Below, piece after piece: positions 18,828-26,900 of a stretch of 58,788 nucleotides of DNA; the stretch's first letter is position 1, and every line of letters starts with the position of its first letter. Source of the stretch: Evtepia sp. GTDB lineage: Bacteria; Bacillota; Clostridia; Oscillospirales; Oscillospiraceae. The notes beneath the pieces were generated by a model. That model searched no databases. It was not told where the DNA came from and was given only the letters and a program-made list of their open reading frames with translations. The stretch covers positions 1 to 58,788 of the forward strand of contig JAHHRP010000001.1 in assembly GCA_020025735.1 (NCBI GenBank), in the 5' to 3' direction. The position numbers and the translations under genes are program-made.

Positions 18828-19324
18828 AGTACGATCTCTCCTTTCACCTCAAAGCCCAGGATCTCTCCTGATTCCTCTGTCACAGCTACCAGCGTTCCCC
18901 GGCAGACCGCCTGGAGTTTCCCGCGGAACATTCCGCAGTTCCGGTCAAAGTCCGTCTCTCCCATGGCCCATTTCTCTACGGCGAATCCAGCAGGTCCTGC
19001 CTGAAGCAAAGCCGCAGCCACCTTATCCAGCAGGAGGCGACAGCCCTCCTCCCCTGCGGATCTTGGGCTGTACAGGGTCAGAAGGAACTTAACGGTCACC
19101 CGCTGCCCGTAGCGTTCGGTCCATTTTCTGGCGATATCGTCGTAGCTTTGTCCCAAGTAGTTTTGAAATCCTGCTGCGCTGGCTTCGACTTCTTTGATTT
19201 GAACCACAGCCACAGGTCCTTTCTGTTCCTGCCGATGTTCCATAGGCCAAGCTGTCATGGCGGGGATTCCTGCTGCTGTCAAATAATCTGTCATAGCCTG
19301 TCGGAGTGTTGTGAGGGTTGTCAC
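18824..19324 (-). CDS. Tail terminator / head-tail joining protein (166 aa)
   Basis: GTG at 19324 overlapping the previous stop, GAGGAGG RBS; position before the sheath. Confidence 0.6.
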   Translation of the reverse strand: MTTLTTLRQAMTDYLTAAGIPAMTAWPMEHRQEQKGPVAVVQIKEVEASAAGFQNYLGQSYDDIARKWTERYGQRVTVKFLLTLYSPRSAGEEGCRLLLDKVAAALLQAGPAGFAVEKWAMGETDFDRNCGMFRGKLQAVCRGTLVAVTEESGEILGFEVKGEIVL

Positions 19325-19659
19325 AAAGCATCCTCCTCTCTTCTCTGGAGCACGACTCGCCAATAGATTCTTTCCTGTCCTGCCTCTACGGGGCGGACAT
19401 TGATGACATTGTATTGTTCTTTTCCGGCCTTTACGGTCTGTTCTTCCGGTCCTGTAAGGAAAGGAATTGCGCTCTGAGCGAGACACAGGACCTGATCCCA
19501 GCGCTGATTTCCTATTTGCGAAGGCAGCCACTGGCACTGTCGATTCAGGACTGGGCGGAGTATCGCTCTACCCCGTCCGATCTCTGTTTCATTTCGGCAC
19601 AGGATCACCTCCTGGCCATACCTGGCGGCAATGGCCTCAAAACTGCTGGCAAAGCTCAT
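19321..19659 (-). CDS. Head closure (stopper) protein
   Basis: Second neck gene; RYGQEVIL N-terminus and beta-rich C-terminus; ATGA overlap. Confidence 0.55.
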   Translation of the reverse strand: MSFASSFEAIAARYGQEVILCRNETEIGRGRAILRPVLNRQCQWLPSQIGNQRWDQVLCLAQSAIPFLTGPEEQTVKAGKEQYNVINVRPVEAGQERIYWRVVLQRREEDAL

Positions 19660-20048
19660 CCCTGCACCTCCAAGAAAGCGAAGGCACCATCCTGCACATA
19701 GGGAGCCATCAAGGTCTCTGCCTGACTCTGGAGGCTTTTGGCGCAGGCATCACCTCCCTGATTTTGCTGGGCATGTACCGTGAGATCTCCGGCAGAAAAG
19801 GAGAGGGGGGAAGGGCTGCTTTGTTCCATGGCTCCGGTCATTCCTGCCAAAGCACTCCAAGCGCTGGCTACTACCATCAGGTCCCTGATATTCTCTTCCA
19901 GTACATCCTCCCGCAGGCGCTGACGCCAGCTGGTCAGGGCAGCAGCGCACAGGATGGAGAGGACTTCTGCCTCTCCATCTGTCAGCTGCCGACCAGCAAA
20001 ACACAGGGCGACCTCCACGATCTCCTGTTCCTGAATCATGCTGCTCAC
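19656..20048 (-). CDS. Head-tail adaptor protein
   Basis: Follows MCP; SFSAGDLTV and LMAPY motifs typical of gp6/gp15-like adaptors. Confidence 0.65.
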   Translation of the reverse strand: MSSMIQEQEIVEVALCFAGRQLTDGEAEVLSILCAAALTSWRQRLREDVLEENIRDLMVVASAWSALAGMTGAMEQSSPSPLSFSAGDLTVHAQQNQGGDACAKSLQSQAETLMAPYVQDGAFAFLEVQG

Positions 20049-21088
20049 CCCTTGACGGTGCCGATTTCCAGGACCTTGGATGCCTCCTGGAAGATTTTTG
20101 CAAAGCCGGAAATGGAGGTAATGGCAGCCCGCTCCAACTGGCGATCAATGAGCTTATCGTACTCTACCAGCACGTCGCTGCCGCGTACCATTTCCAGGGC
20201 ATAATTTTTGTCAAGCCCGATAATGGTCCCGGAGGGGACAGCGCTGCTTCTGAGCAGTGTTGCACCCATCGGTGTGACCAACTTCCCGGTACCCTGGAAG
20301 GTCAAGCCTGCGGTACCGTCCTGCATTTCCTTTAGTTTAAGGACCTGTGCCATTGCATCTCCTACCAGCAGGGTGTTCATGGCATAGGGGTCAAACTGGC
20401 TCCAAAAATCCACCAGTGCGTCATAGGTCAGGGTACCGGCGGTCCCAGTGATGGGGCTTGTACCCACGGTGTAAACCTTGGCTGCATTGCTGTTTCCGTC
20501 GCCATGCAAGAGGACATCAATGGCATCACTCACATGCATACGGTTAATGTAGGCACCGATCTGCCGCAGGGTAACGGAGAAGAGGTCCAAGCGCTGGAAT
20601 TGAATGGCTTCGTACGAAGCCACGAGCATCCGGCCGCGTTTGTGCAGCTGGACGAGATTTTCCTGGGCTTTGACTTGGGTTTCAGGGATAAGCGCACCTT
20701 CTGCCACCATTTTGAGGGATTTTTCATCTTCTGTGGGGGTAGAGGCGATGGAGCGGTAATCCATGCCTGAGATTCTAGTTTCTGCTGCGGTCATCATGGG
20801 CAGGATATTGCTTTCCTCCATCCCCTGGCGGACCGCTCTTGCGACATATTCTGGGAAGAGGACTGCCGACTCCCAGGTTGCGAAGAACTTAGAGACGACG
20901 TCAGAATCTGCGCCTTTCACTTTGATGTCAAAGCGCTTGAGCTGGCGCTGGAATGCGTCGAGGTTCTCCATTGGGGTCCCCTTGTATTGTTCCGAGGGGT
21001 CACACTGCTCCAGCACCTTAGTAAAGGAGCGACCAGACTCCCGATACATCCCCTTGTCGAGCTTCACCGTTTCAAACTGATATGCCAT
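20045..21088 (-). CDS. Major capsid protein (HK97-like fold, 347 aa)
   Basis: LFPEYV..AV, VAEGALIPE, LHKRGRMLVASYEAI, LLHGDG motifs; ATG 21088 after AAGGAG. Confidence 0.9.
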   Translation of the reverse strand: MAYQFETVKLDKGMYRESGRSFTKVLEQCDPSEQYKGTPMENLDAFQRQLKRFDIKVKGADSDVVSKFFATWESAVLFPEYVARAVRQGMEESNILPMMTAAETRISGMDYRSIASTPTEDEKSLKMVAEGALIPETQVKAQENLVQLHKRGRMLVASYEAIQFQRLDLFSVTLRQIGAYINRMHVSDAIDVLLHGDGNSNAAKVYTVGTSPITGTAGTLTYDALVDFWSQFDPYAMNTLLVGDAMAQVLKLKEMQDGTAGLTFQGTGKLVTPMGATLLRSSAVPSGTIIGLDKNYALEMVRGSDVLVEYDKLIDRQLERAAITSISGFAKIFQEASKVLEIGTVKG

Positions 21089-21114
21089 AGTTTCTGACTC
21101 CTTTCTTTCTGTTC

Positions 21115-21465
21115 TCAAAGGAACAGGCCCATGGTTTTGCTGTTGGTGTCCATCTGAACCACCAAGCAGACCCTACCTGTCTCACCGCTGCCGGCCAGAC
21201 GCAGGCCGCCGGTTCCGTCGGCCACCATCTGGTTCCAGCCCAGAGTGGGTGCGGTACCGCCAGTGTAGTTACACTTGACATATCCGCGAATCTGGACAGC
21301 AGCATGCTCCCCTCGTTTGTTAAGTACAAGTCCCACCGGAGCCGTACTAGCGGGTGCGTCTTTCACCGTGTCGTTTTCGCTCATTGCGGCAAAATTTCCT
21401 GCTGTGACTGCTCCTGCCTGGAATGTAACCACCAGGCTTTCCATTCCGTTAAATGCAACTGCCAT
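21115..21465 (-). CDS. Capsid decoration/cement protein (DUF2190-like)
   Basis: 116 aa, Gly/Ala/Val-rich, between protease and MCP; strong AGGAGG RBS. Confidence 0.65.
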   Translation of the reverse strand: MAVAFNGMESLVVTFQAGAVTAGNFAAMSENDTVKDAPASTAPVGLVLNKRGEHAAVQIRGYVKCNYTGGTAPTLGWNQMVADGTGGLRLAGSGETGRVCLVVQMDTNSKTMGLFL

Positions 21466-21497
21466 TGTTGAAGTTCCTCCTTTTTTATTCCTGTGGT

Positions 21498-22457
21498 TTA
21501 GATCACAAAGGATTTGTCATCCTCTGTCTGTCTATCTTCCTTCCCGCCATAGCGCAGCTGCACGGGCAATGCCATCCGCTTTTCCAGCTGCTTTTGGTAG
21601 CAGGCTTTCAGTTCTTCCAGTTCTTCTTCCTCCAGCTTATCGGCGATGGTTTGGAGGGTTTTTTCTTGTAATCCTGCCTGTGCCATCAAGCCCAAGCGCA
21701 CCGTTTCCTGGCGCAGATTGTCCAGGTATCGGCGGCCTGCGGCAGCTTGACGCTGTAACAGGCGCAGTTCATCCTGCCAGCTTCCTTCTCTATCCAGGCC
21801 AGCCAGGACCTGTGCCAGGTTTCCGTCCTTTCTTAGGCCTTTGACCACACCGGCTCTAGGCTGTGCAGGCACGGCAACGAAAGACCACTCAAAGGCATCG
21901 GTTGGCTCTGCCAGGCGAACGATGCAGCGTTTTCCTTCATAGAGTCTCCCCTTAACGTGGCTGCATGTAGAGCGATCGTGAATATCGTTGCCGCAGATAG
22001 AGCATACACAACCTTCCACCGCGCAGCTGACACTGACCTCTTTTTTGATTCCTCCTTGGATTTCTGCAATGAGTCCGGCGTTTTCCTCCGTCCGAAGCAT
22101 ATAGGCATATCCTTTTAGGTAACACCCCGGCTCACCGGCCTCACTCACCATTCCCTGCTCGTCCACAATCTCAGTGCGATAGATCCGCGCAGTCTGGTCC
22201 TTTGCGCTCCAACTGTGGTCAAAGATCCCGGTCTTTCCCACGAAAAGTTCGGCCAGTTTTTCCAGATCTTGTCGGCTGAAATATTCCTGATCTCGGTCTG
22301 TCTGGTTGTCACACAGCCGCACGGCGAAGGTATAGATCTCCTCTTCGGTCAAGCTGGTGCCGTTGAGACTGTTGATGGCTTCTAGTTCTCCTGCCACTGC
22401 TCCTGCCACCGGGTCATTCTGTCCCTGGGTCTGGGCTTCTTTGGTCACTGTCTGCAT
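21498..22457 (-). CDS. Prohead protease fused to a scaffold-like coiled coil
   Basis: DRD.EYF, GKTGIFDH, KKEVSVSC, EWSFVAVPAQPRA protease-like motifs; CSICG..C.H insert; charged helical C-terminus. Confidence 0.75.
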   Translation of the reverse strand: MQTVTKEAQTQGQNDPVAGAVAGELEAINSLNGTSLTEEEIYTFAVRLCDNQTDRDQEYFSRQDLEKLAELFVGKTGIFDHSWSAKDQTARIYRTEIVDEQGMVSEAGEPGCYLKGYAYMLRTEENAGLIAEIQGGIKKEVSVSCAVEGCVCSICGNDIHDRSTCSHVKGRLYEGKRCIVRLAEPTDAFEWSFVAVPAQPRAGVVKGLRKDGNLAQVLAGLDREGSWQDELRLLQRQAAAGRRYLDNLRQETVRLGLMAQAGLQEKTLQTIADKLEEEELEELKACYQKQLEKRMALPVQLRYGGKEDRQTEDDKSFVI

Positions 22458-23655
22458 GGCTTTCCTCCTTTTCTTCCTGGGTTTTTTTCTTATCTTCCTT
22501 TTTCAGGCTATCATTTGCCAACTGCTCTGCCTGTTGCCGGTAGAGGACCGCGCGGGCTTTTTCGACCTGATCCTGGAGATTAATTTCCTGCCAATCGACT
22601 TGAAAATCACAACTTTTCCCGTGCATTCTCAGCCACATCCTGCAAATTTTTTCCATCATAGGGGTTAGTGTCCGGCGCAATGCAGTAAGCTCACTGGTCA
22701 TGATATCTGCCTGCTGGCTGCTCATGCGTTCTGTGGAGGACCAATTAAGCCCCAGCAGGAAGGGTGGGATTCCGGTCTGGGAGATGAGCTGTTCCAAGAT
22801 CAGGCGTACAGGGGTTTGGCAGTCTGGAATGTCACATTCTGCTCCGATGACCTTAATTTCCACATCACCGACTGTAACGAAGTCTCTCACGGAGCCGTTT
22901 CTGGTGTTTTCCATGGCTTGGGACCAGCGTTTTGCGAGCAAGTTTCCTCGTTCCTGTACGCGGCGCTGATCCAGGCCATCTTCTGGTTTGTAGACAACAG
23001 CGAATCGGACATTGCCGGCGCGTTCCCAGTTATCCCCTAGGGTCTGATAAATTTTAAGCAGGATACTCGATAAGAAGGGCATCCCATGCAGGAGGGACTG
23101 GCCGTAGGGGTTCTCTGGGCTGGCGTGATAGGGGGTAAATAACAGCAGGTCCTGTCGAGGCAGGATCTCTGTGTGTCCATCTGGCTGTCGCAGGGCCAGG
23201 TGGAGTTCTAAGGGGGAGTCCCCTTCTTTCACTTCGATATCAGAGATATTTCCGCACAGGACGGCGGCGATTTCTCGTCCATCCCTGCTTGGCACAATTT
23301 CCCCCACAGCTCTGCCACAGGTGAGCAGGCAGTCCAGGTAGCTGTCCAAAAAGGATTGAATTCCTCTTTGATTCCAGCCGGTTGGAACGGTGCGCAGGAA
23401 GTGGTTGAGTTCTTCCTCCACGGCTTTGTCCTCGCACACAGCGGCTACCCCTCCAGCCAGACGCACCAATTTTAAGATTGCAGCGTCCACCACAGGAATC
23501 GCCTCCCGGATTGCGCGATACAGCGAGAACTCGGGCTGATGCAAGGGCACATACCCGTCGATCATTTGAAAGGGGTGTCGCTGTGCAGGTCTCATCTGGA
23601 TAGCGCCTGGTACTGTTTCTGTTGGTTGATGTTTTCTACCTTTCCAAAGTCCCAT
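22414..23655 (-). CDS. Phage portal protein
   Basis: Follows TerL; IPVVDAAI, PYGQSLL, TGIPPFLLG motifs. Confidence 0.85.
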   Translation of the reverse strand: MGLWKGRKHQPTETVPGAIQMRPAQRHPFQMIDGYVPLHQPEFSLYRAIREAIPVVDAAILKLVRLAGGVAAVCEDKAVEEELNHFLRTVPTGWNQRGIQSFLDSYLDCLLTCGRAVGEIVPSRDGREIAAVLCGNISDIEVKEGDSPLELHLALRQPDGHTEILPRQDLLLFTPYHASPENPYGQSLLHGMPFLSSILLKIYQTLGDNWERAGNVRFAVVYKPEDGLDQRRVQERGNLLAKRWSQAMENTRNGSVRDFVTVGDVEIKVIGAECDIPDCQTPVRLILEQLISQTGIPPFLLGLNWSSTERMSSQQADIMTSELTALRRTLTPMMEKICRMWLRMHGKSCDFQVDWQEINLQDQVEKARAVLYRQQAEQLANDSLKKEDKKKTQEEKEESHADSDQRSPDPGTE

Positions 23656-23676
23656 CTCATCCTCCTTCTGGTTGAT

Positions 23677-24933
23677 TTAGAGCCGCCTCTCCACATAGCC
23701 AGCAAAGAAGGGATCGTCCCCTTCTTCTGGTGCTGCCACCGTGGCCACGAAGTAGCGAATCTCGTCCATAGCGTGGTCAAACTCTTTTCGCACTTTATCC
23801 TTGTCGCCGGCGTTCAGGTCCCAGCAGTAGGCGCTGAATTCCCGAATGGCATCCTGGCATGGGGTGCAAATCACGATTTTCCCCGTTTTCAAGGCATCTG
23901 CCGTCAGCCGGATTCCTGAGAGCACGTCATTGTTTGCCTTTCTCACGTTCCATCCTTCTCGGCGCAGCACTTCCAGGAAGGAAGCCGCTGAGGGGTCTGC
24001 CACTACCGCCTCGATCTCATGACCTCCCGCCAGTTCCCGCAGCCGCTGGGCGTATTCCTGATCGGTCTGCTGCTGCCGGGCGAGTCTGGCATCGTAGTAA
24101 TACTCCCGCACCCGGTACCAGATGCCGTTGTATTTCCCCCAAAGCCCCATAGAGGTGGGGTTCAGGGTTCCGTAGTCGCAGGAGATAACCCATCGCTCTG
24201 CCTCTCCTACTGGGGGTGGTCTGACCATATTTTCGTCGAAAAAATCGTATACCAACCCTTCGGCTGCCGTCCATTCTCCCAAAACGAAGCGGCGATAGAA
24301 CGCCCCCTGAAAGGCTCTCTCGTAGCGCTGTCTAGTCTCTGGGGCCAGGGTGGGGTTATCCTCCATAAAGAAGCGCAGGTGCAGCAGATTTCTCTCTTCT
24401 GCTTTACAGATCCACTCTCTGTAAAACCAGTGGGCAGGTCCAGCTGGGTTGCAGGAGAACCAGAACTTAGCTCCTGTCACGGAGCACCGGGCACAGGCCT
24501 GTTCCACAAAGGATCTTGGCATCAGTGCCACCTCATCCAGCAGCACGCCAGCCAGGGTAATGCCTTGGATGAGTGCGGCACTGCCTTCGTCCTTACCGCC
24601 GAAGAGGAAGTAGGTGTTTTCCACGCCGGCATAGCGGACCTTGAGCCAATTTTTTGAAATTTTCTCTTCCCAGTCAAAGCCCAGCATCTCCAGCACAGGC
24701 AGCACACTATAAAGGAGGTTCCTCCGTACAGATTGTGTTGTTTTGCCGCATAATGCGAATTGTTGATGGCGGAAGCGCGTCATACTCCAAAGGATGAAGG
24801 ACAGGCCCAGGCACATGGTCTTTCCGCTTCTCACGGCGCCATCACAGACGATGGCATCTTTCTCCTTGTAAGGGGAGCCTCTGGTCCACCATCCAAGGAC
24901 CTGTTTTTGCTTGTCTGAAAAGCGCAGGCTCAT
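23677..24933 (-). CDS. Terminase large subunit (PBSX family)
   Basis: Walker A GAVRSGKT, Walker B VLLDEV, SCNP, nuclease DYG, DPSA, DHAMDEIRY. Confidence 0.95.
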   Translation of the reverse strand: MSLRFSDKQKQVLGWWTRGSPYKEKDAIVCDGAVRSGKTMCLGLSFILWSMTRFRHQQFALCGKTTQSVRRNLLYSVLPVLEMLGFDWEEKISKNWLKVRYAGVENTYFLFGGKDEGSAALIQGITLAGVLLDEVALMPRSFVEQACARCSVTGAKFWFSCNPAGPAHWFYREWICKAEERNLLHLRFFMEDNPTLAPETRQRYERAFQGAFYRRFVLGEWTAAEGLVYDFFDENMVRPPPVGEAERWVISCDYGTLNPTSMGLWGKYNGIWYRVREYYYDARLARQQQTDQEYAQRLRELAGGHEIEAVVADPSAASFLEVLRREGWNVRKANNDVLSGIRLTADALKTGKIVICTPCQDAIREFSAYCWDLNAGDKDKVRKEFDHAMDEIRYFVATVAAPEEGDDPFFAGYVERRL

Positions 24934-25244
24934 CGCTGACTGGTCATCTCCTGTTGGGTGGGAGGGCGATCCAGAGCCTCCAAGAAGGCGGCGGCGCCCT
25001 TTCCATCCTCCTTCATCTGATCCAATAGTTTTTCCAGCACAGCAGCTCGATCTGTGAGTTTCACTTCCACAGCACCGTTGCTGCTGCGTTTGAATTCTGT
25101 AAGGCAGCCTAAGTTTAGCTTATCAATCTCCTCCATTCTTTCTTCGCTGAGGTAGGCCAGTTTTACAGCGTCGTTGGCCGCGCCTGCGGCCAGGGACATC
25201 ATTTGTTCCAGCACACCTCGTCGGTCTACTTTTTTCTTTCCCAT
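24930..25244 (-). CDS. Putative terminase small subunit (104 aa)
   Basis: Upstream of terL with ATGA overlap; VEVKLTDRAAVLEKL resembles the TerS oligomerisation motif; GGAGG RBS. Confidence 0.7.
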   Translation of the reverse strand: MGKKKVDRRGVLEQMMSLAAGAANDAVKLAYLSEERMEEIDKLNLGCLTEFKRSSNGAVEVKLTDRAAVLEKLLDQMKEDGKGAAAFLEALDRPPTQQEMTSQR

Positions 25245-25369
25245 AAAAATCCCTCCTCACCCTACCTGGTAACACCCCTTCTACGGGGACGTTTTCGTAC
25301 ACGTTTTTAAAAAATTTTTTTATTTTTTTGAAAAATACGGAAAAAATCCTGTCTACGCACTTTTTTCTG

Positions 25370-25399
25370 GCATAAGGCAGCCAAGTTCTGTCCACACTA
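25370..25399 (+). promoter_or_regulatory. sigma-G (forespore) type promoter
   Basis: GCATA-18 bp-CACACTA matches the sigma-G consensus, upstream of the CBS-domain gene. Confidence 0.7.
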
Positions 25400-25439
25400 T
25401 GTGGTGCAAACTCCCGTCTTTTTCGGGGAGGGAAATGAG

Positions 25440-25880
25440 GTGATCGATCTGCAAATACAGCAGCTGATGAATCCCTGTGTGGTCTCAATTGATCCTGGGG
25501 AAAGTGCCGCTCTGGCAGCCCGTCTTCTTGCCCGGCACAATGTGGGGGCACTGCCGGTGTGTGATGCTTCGGGGACGCTTTTGGGTGTGGTAACCGACCG
25601 GGACATCATCCTTCGGTGTGTTGCTGCTGGGGAGGACCCTTCTCAGATTTCGGTCCGAGCCATCATGTCCCGGCATCCATCCGTGGTCTCTCCTGGGGAT
25701 GATCCACGGCAGGCAGTCCGACTGATGTCGGGGCAGCAGATCCGGCGGCTTCCAGTGGTGGATGATGAGGGCAAAGTCGTGGGGATGCTCTCTCTGGGGG
25801 ATCTGGCCAAGTGTGGCCGATGGGAGATGGAGGTCTCCCGGGCTTTGACTGACATTTCAGAAACCATCCGTCAGCCATAA
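25440..25880 (+). CDS. CBS-domain pair protein (YhcV-like)
   Basis: VGALPV..GVVTDRDI, IRRLPVV..GMLSLGDL; GTG 25440 after GGAGG (CTG 25449 is an alternative start). Confidence 0.9.
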   Translation: MIDLQIQQLMNPCVVSIDPGESAALAARLLARHNVGALPVCDASGTLLGVVTDRDIILRCVAAGEDPSQISVRAIMSRHPSVVSPGDDPRQAVRLMSGQQIRRLPVVDDEGKVVGMLSLGDLAKCGRWEMEVSRALTDISETIRQP

Positions 25881-25885
25881 ACAAG

Positions 25886-25930
25886 CCGCAAGGGGGCGGG
25901 AGGACGCACTGTCCTCCCGCCCCCTTGCGG
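25886..25930. terminator. Bidirectional terminator hairpin
   Basis: Perfect 20-bp stem CCGCAAGGGGGCGGGAGGAC with 5-nt loop between convergent genes. Confidence 0.8.
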
Positions 25931-25957
25931 TTGTATTCTAGCTGCTTGCCAGGAGAT

Positions 25958-26605
25958 TCATATATTTTCCACGAGGCTGCGGATTCGGCAAGCCTGTTCC
26001 CAACCTTCTCTGGCGTGTTCCCAGAACAGTTGCTGCAAGCAAGGATCAGAGGTACTTTCCGTGCCGGTGAGATAGGCAGCCATGGTAGCCTGTTCCTGGG
26101 CAAAGCGGCGGCGCAGGGTGCCTAAGTATGAGGTGATTGGGGGCAGCTTTTCGCTTTCCGGCCAATATCTTATTCCAGAGATAAGGAAGTAAGCTGCAGA
26201 GAGTTTTTTTGCCCGGCGCTTTTTTTCTCCAGCCAATCCTGCCAGCACTCTCCCGGGGGTCCCTCCTGCTCTGCGAGCCAGGGCCTGATATTCCCGGCAA
26301 TCCGTCAACTCTCTGCAAATGAGTTCTTGCAGCAGCGGCCCACACTCTAGGCAAGACTCTCCCAGCACGCCTGATGTTTGTGGAAAATCTCCGTGTGGAC
26401 GATGTTGTTTTTGTGCTGTTTTTTGGGCGGGCAGCAGCATCTGCTTGTCATCTTCACCGTCGAGATCCGTCTGTTCTTGGTTCTCCTCCCAGGTAATGGG
26501 ACAGCTGTCTGCATTTTCTGCCATTACTCGCTTCCACACCCGGGCAAAGATTTCTTTTTTGTCTTGTTCCTGTTGAGGAAGGGAATGTGTCAAGTGTTCT
26601 TCCAC
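25958..26605 (-). CDS. Ferritin-like/four-helix protein, probably spore-associated (215 aa)
   Basis: FARVWKRVM N-terminus; helical C-terminal domain with LSAAYFLISG; AGGAGG RBS; sigma-K-like promoter. Confidence 0.6.
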   Translation of the reverse strand: MEEHLTHSLPQQEQDKKEIFARVWKRVMAENADSCPITWEENQEQTDLDGEDDKQMLLPAQKTAQKQHRPHGDFPQTSGVLGESCLECGPLLQELICRELTDCREYQALARRAGGTPGRVLAGLAGEKKRRAKKLSAAYFLISGIRYWPESEKLPPITSYLGTLRRRFAQEQATMAAYLTGTESTSDPCLQQLFWEHAREGWEQACRIRSLVENI

Positions 26606-26631
26606 GGCAATTCCTCCTTTTGTTGTTTCTC

Positions 26632-26660
26632 TATTCTATGTTCTTACCTTTGTTTCTGTC
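26632..26660 (-). promoter_or_regulatory. sigma-K (mother cell) type promoter
   Basis: Minus strand GACA-16 bp-CATAGAATA matches AC-N16/17-CATANNNTA. Confidence 0.6.
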
Positions 26661-26712
26661 CTAGTGTGTGCGAGGTTCCCGGAAGTTTTTTCCACTGGAA
26701 GACGGAAGTATC

Positions 26713-26741
26713 TTGACAGACAGGGCTTTGCCTATTAAAAT
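26713..26741 (+). promoter_or_regulatory. sigma-A promoter of rny
   Basis: TTGACA-17 bp-TAAAAT. Confidence 0.75.
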
Positions 26742-26900
26742 AAAATCAGTATAAATGTGCGAACAAGTCCACGATCTCCCTGCCAGGGAGGGCGCAAGAA
26801 TTTTGGTTCGTTTTCTGCTGCGTCGAATTCCTGTCATTCGGGAGTCGGCGTGGGCAATTTTATGCGAAATCTTACAGAAACGGAGGTGTGTCCCGACAAT

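Larger units (their letters stand above)
12409..25244 (-). mobile_element. Phage-derived virion gene cluster (head + short contractile tail) without integration, replication or lysis genes; GTA-like
   Basis: 19 co-oriented, tightly coupled ORFs in canonical order terS-terL-portal-protease-decoration-MCP-neck-sheath-tube-chaperone-short TMP-LysM-hub-spike-wedge-BpJ-YmfQ; flanked directly by host genes. Confidence 0.85.

Noticed and set aside
12409..19324. Interpretation as an R-type tailocin or eCIS
   Set aside because: Intact terminase, portal and capsid genes are in the same operon; no toxin/effector or AAA ATPase gene
12409..25244. Interpretation as a complete inducible prophage
   Set aside because: No integrase, repressor, replication or lysis genes, and host genes abut both ends
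12237..25320. Possible att repeats CGTTTTAAAAATT (~12238) and CGTTTTTAAAAAATT (~25302)
   Set aside because: Low-complexity A/T tracts, not identical, and no recombinase or tRNA nearby
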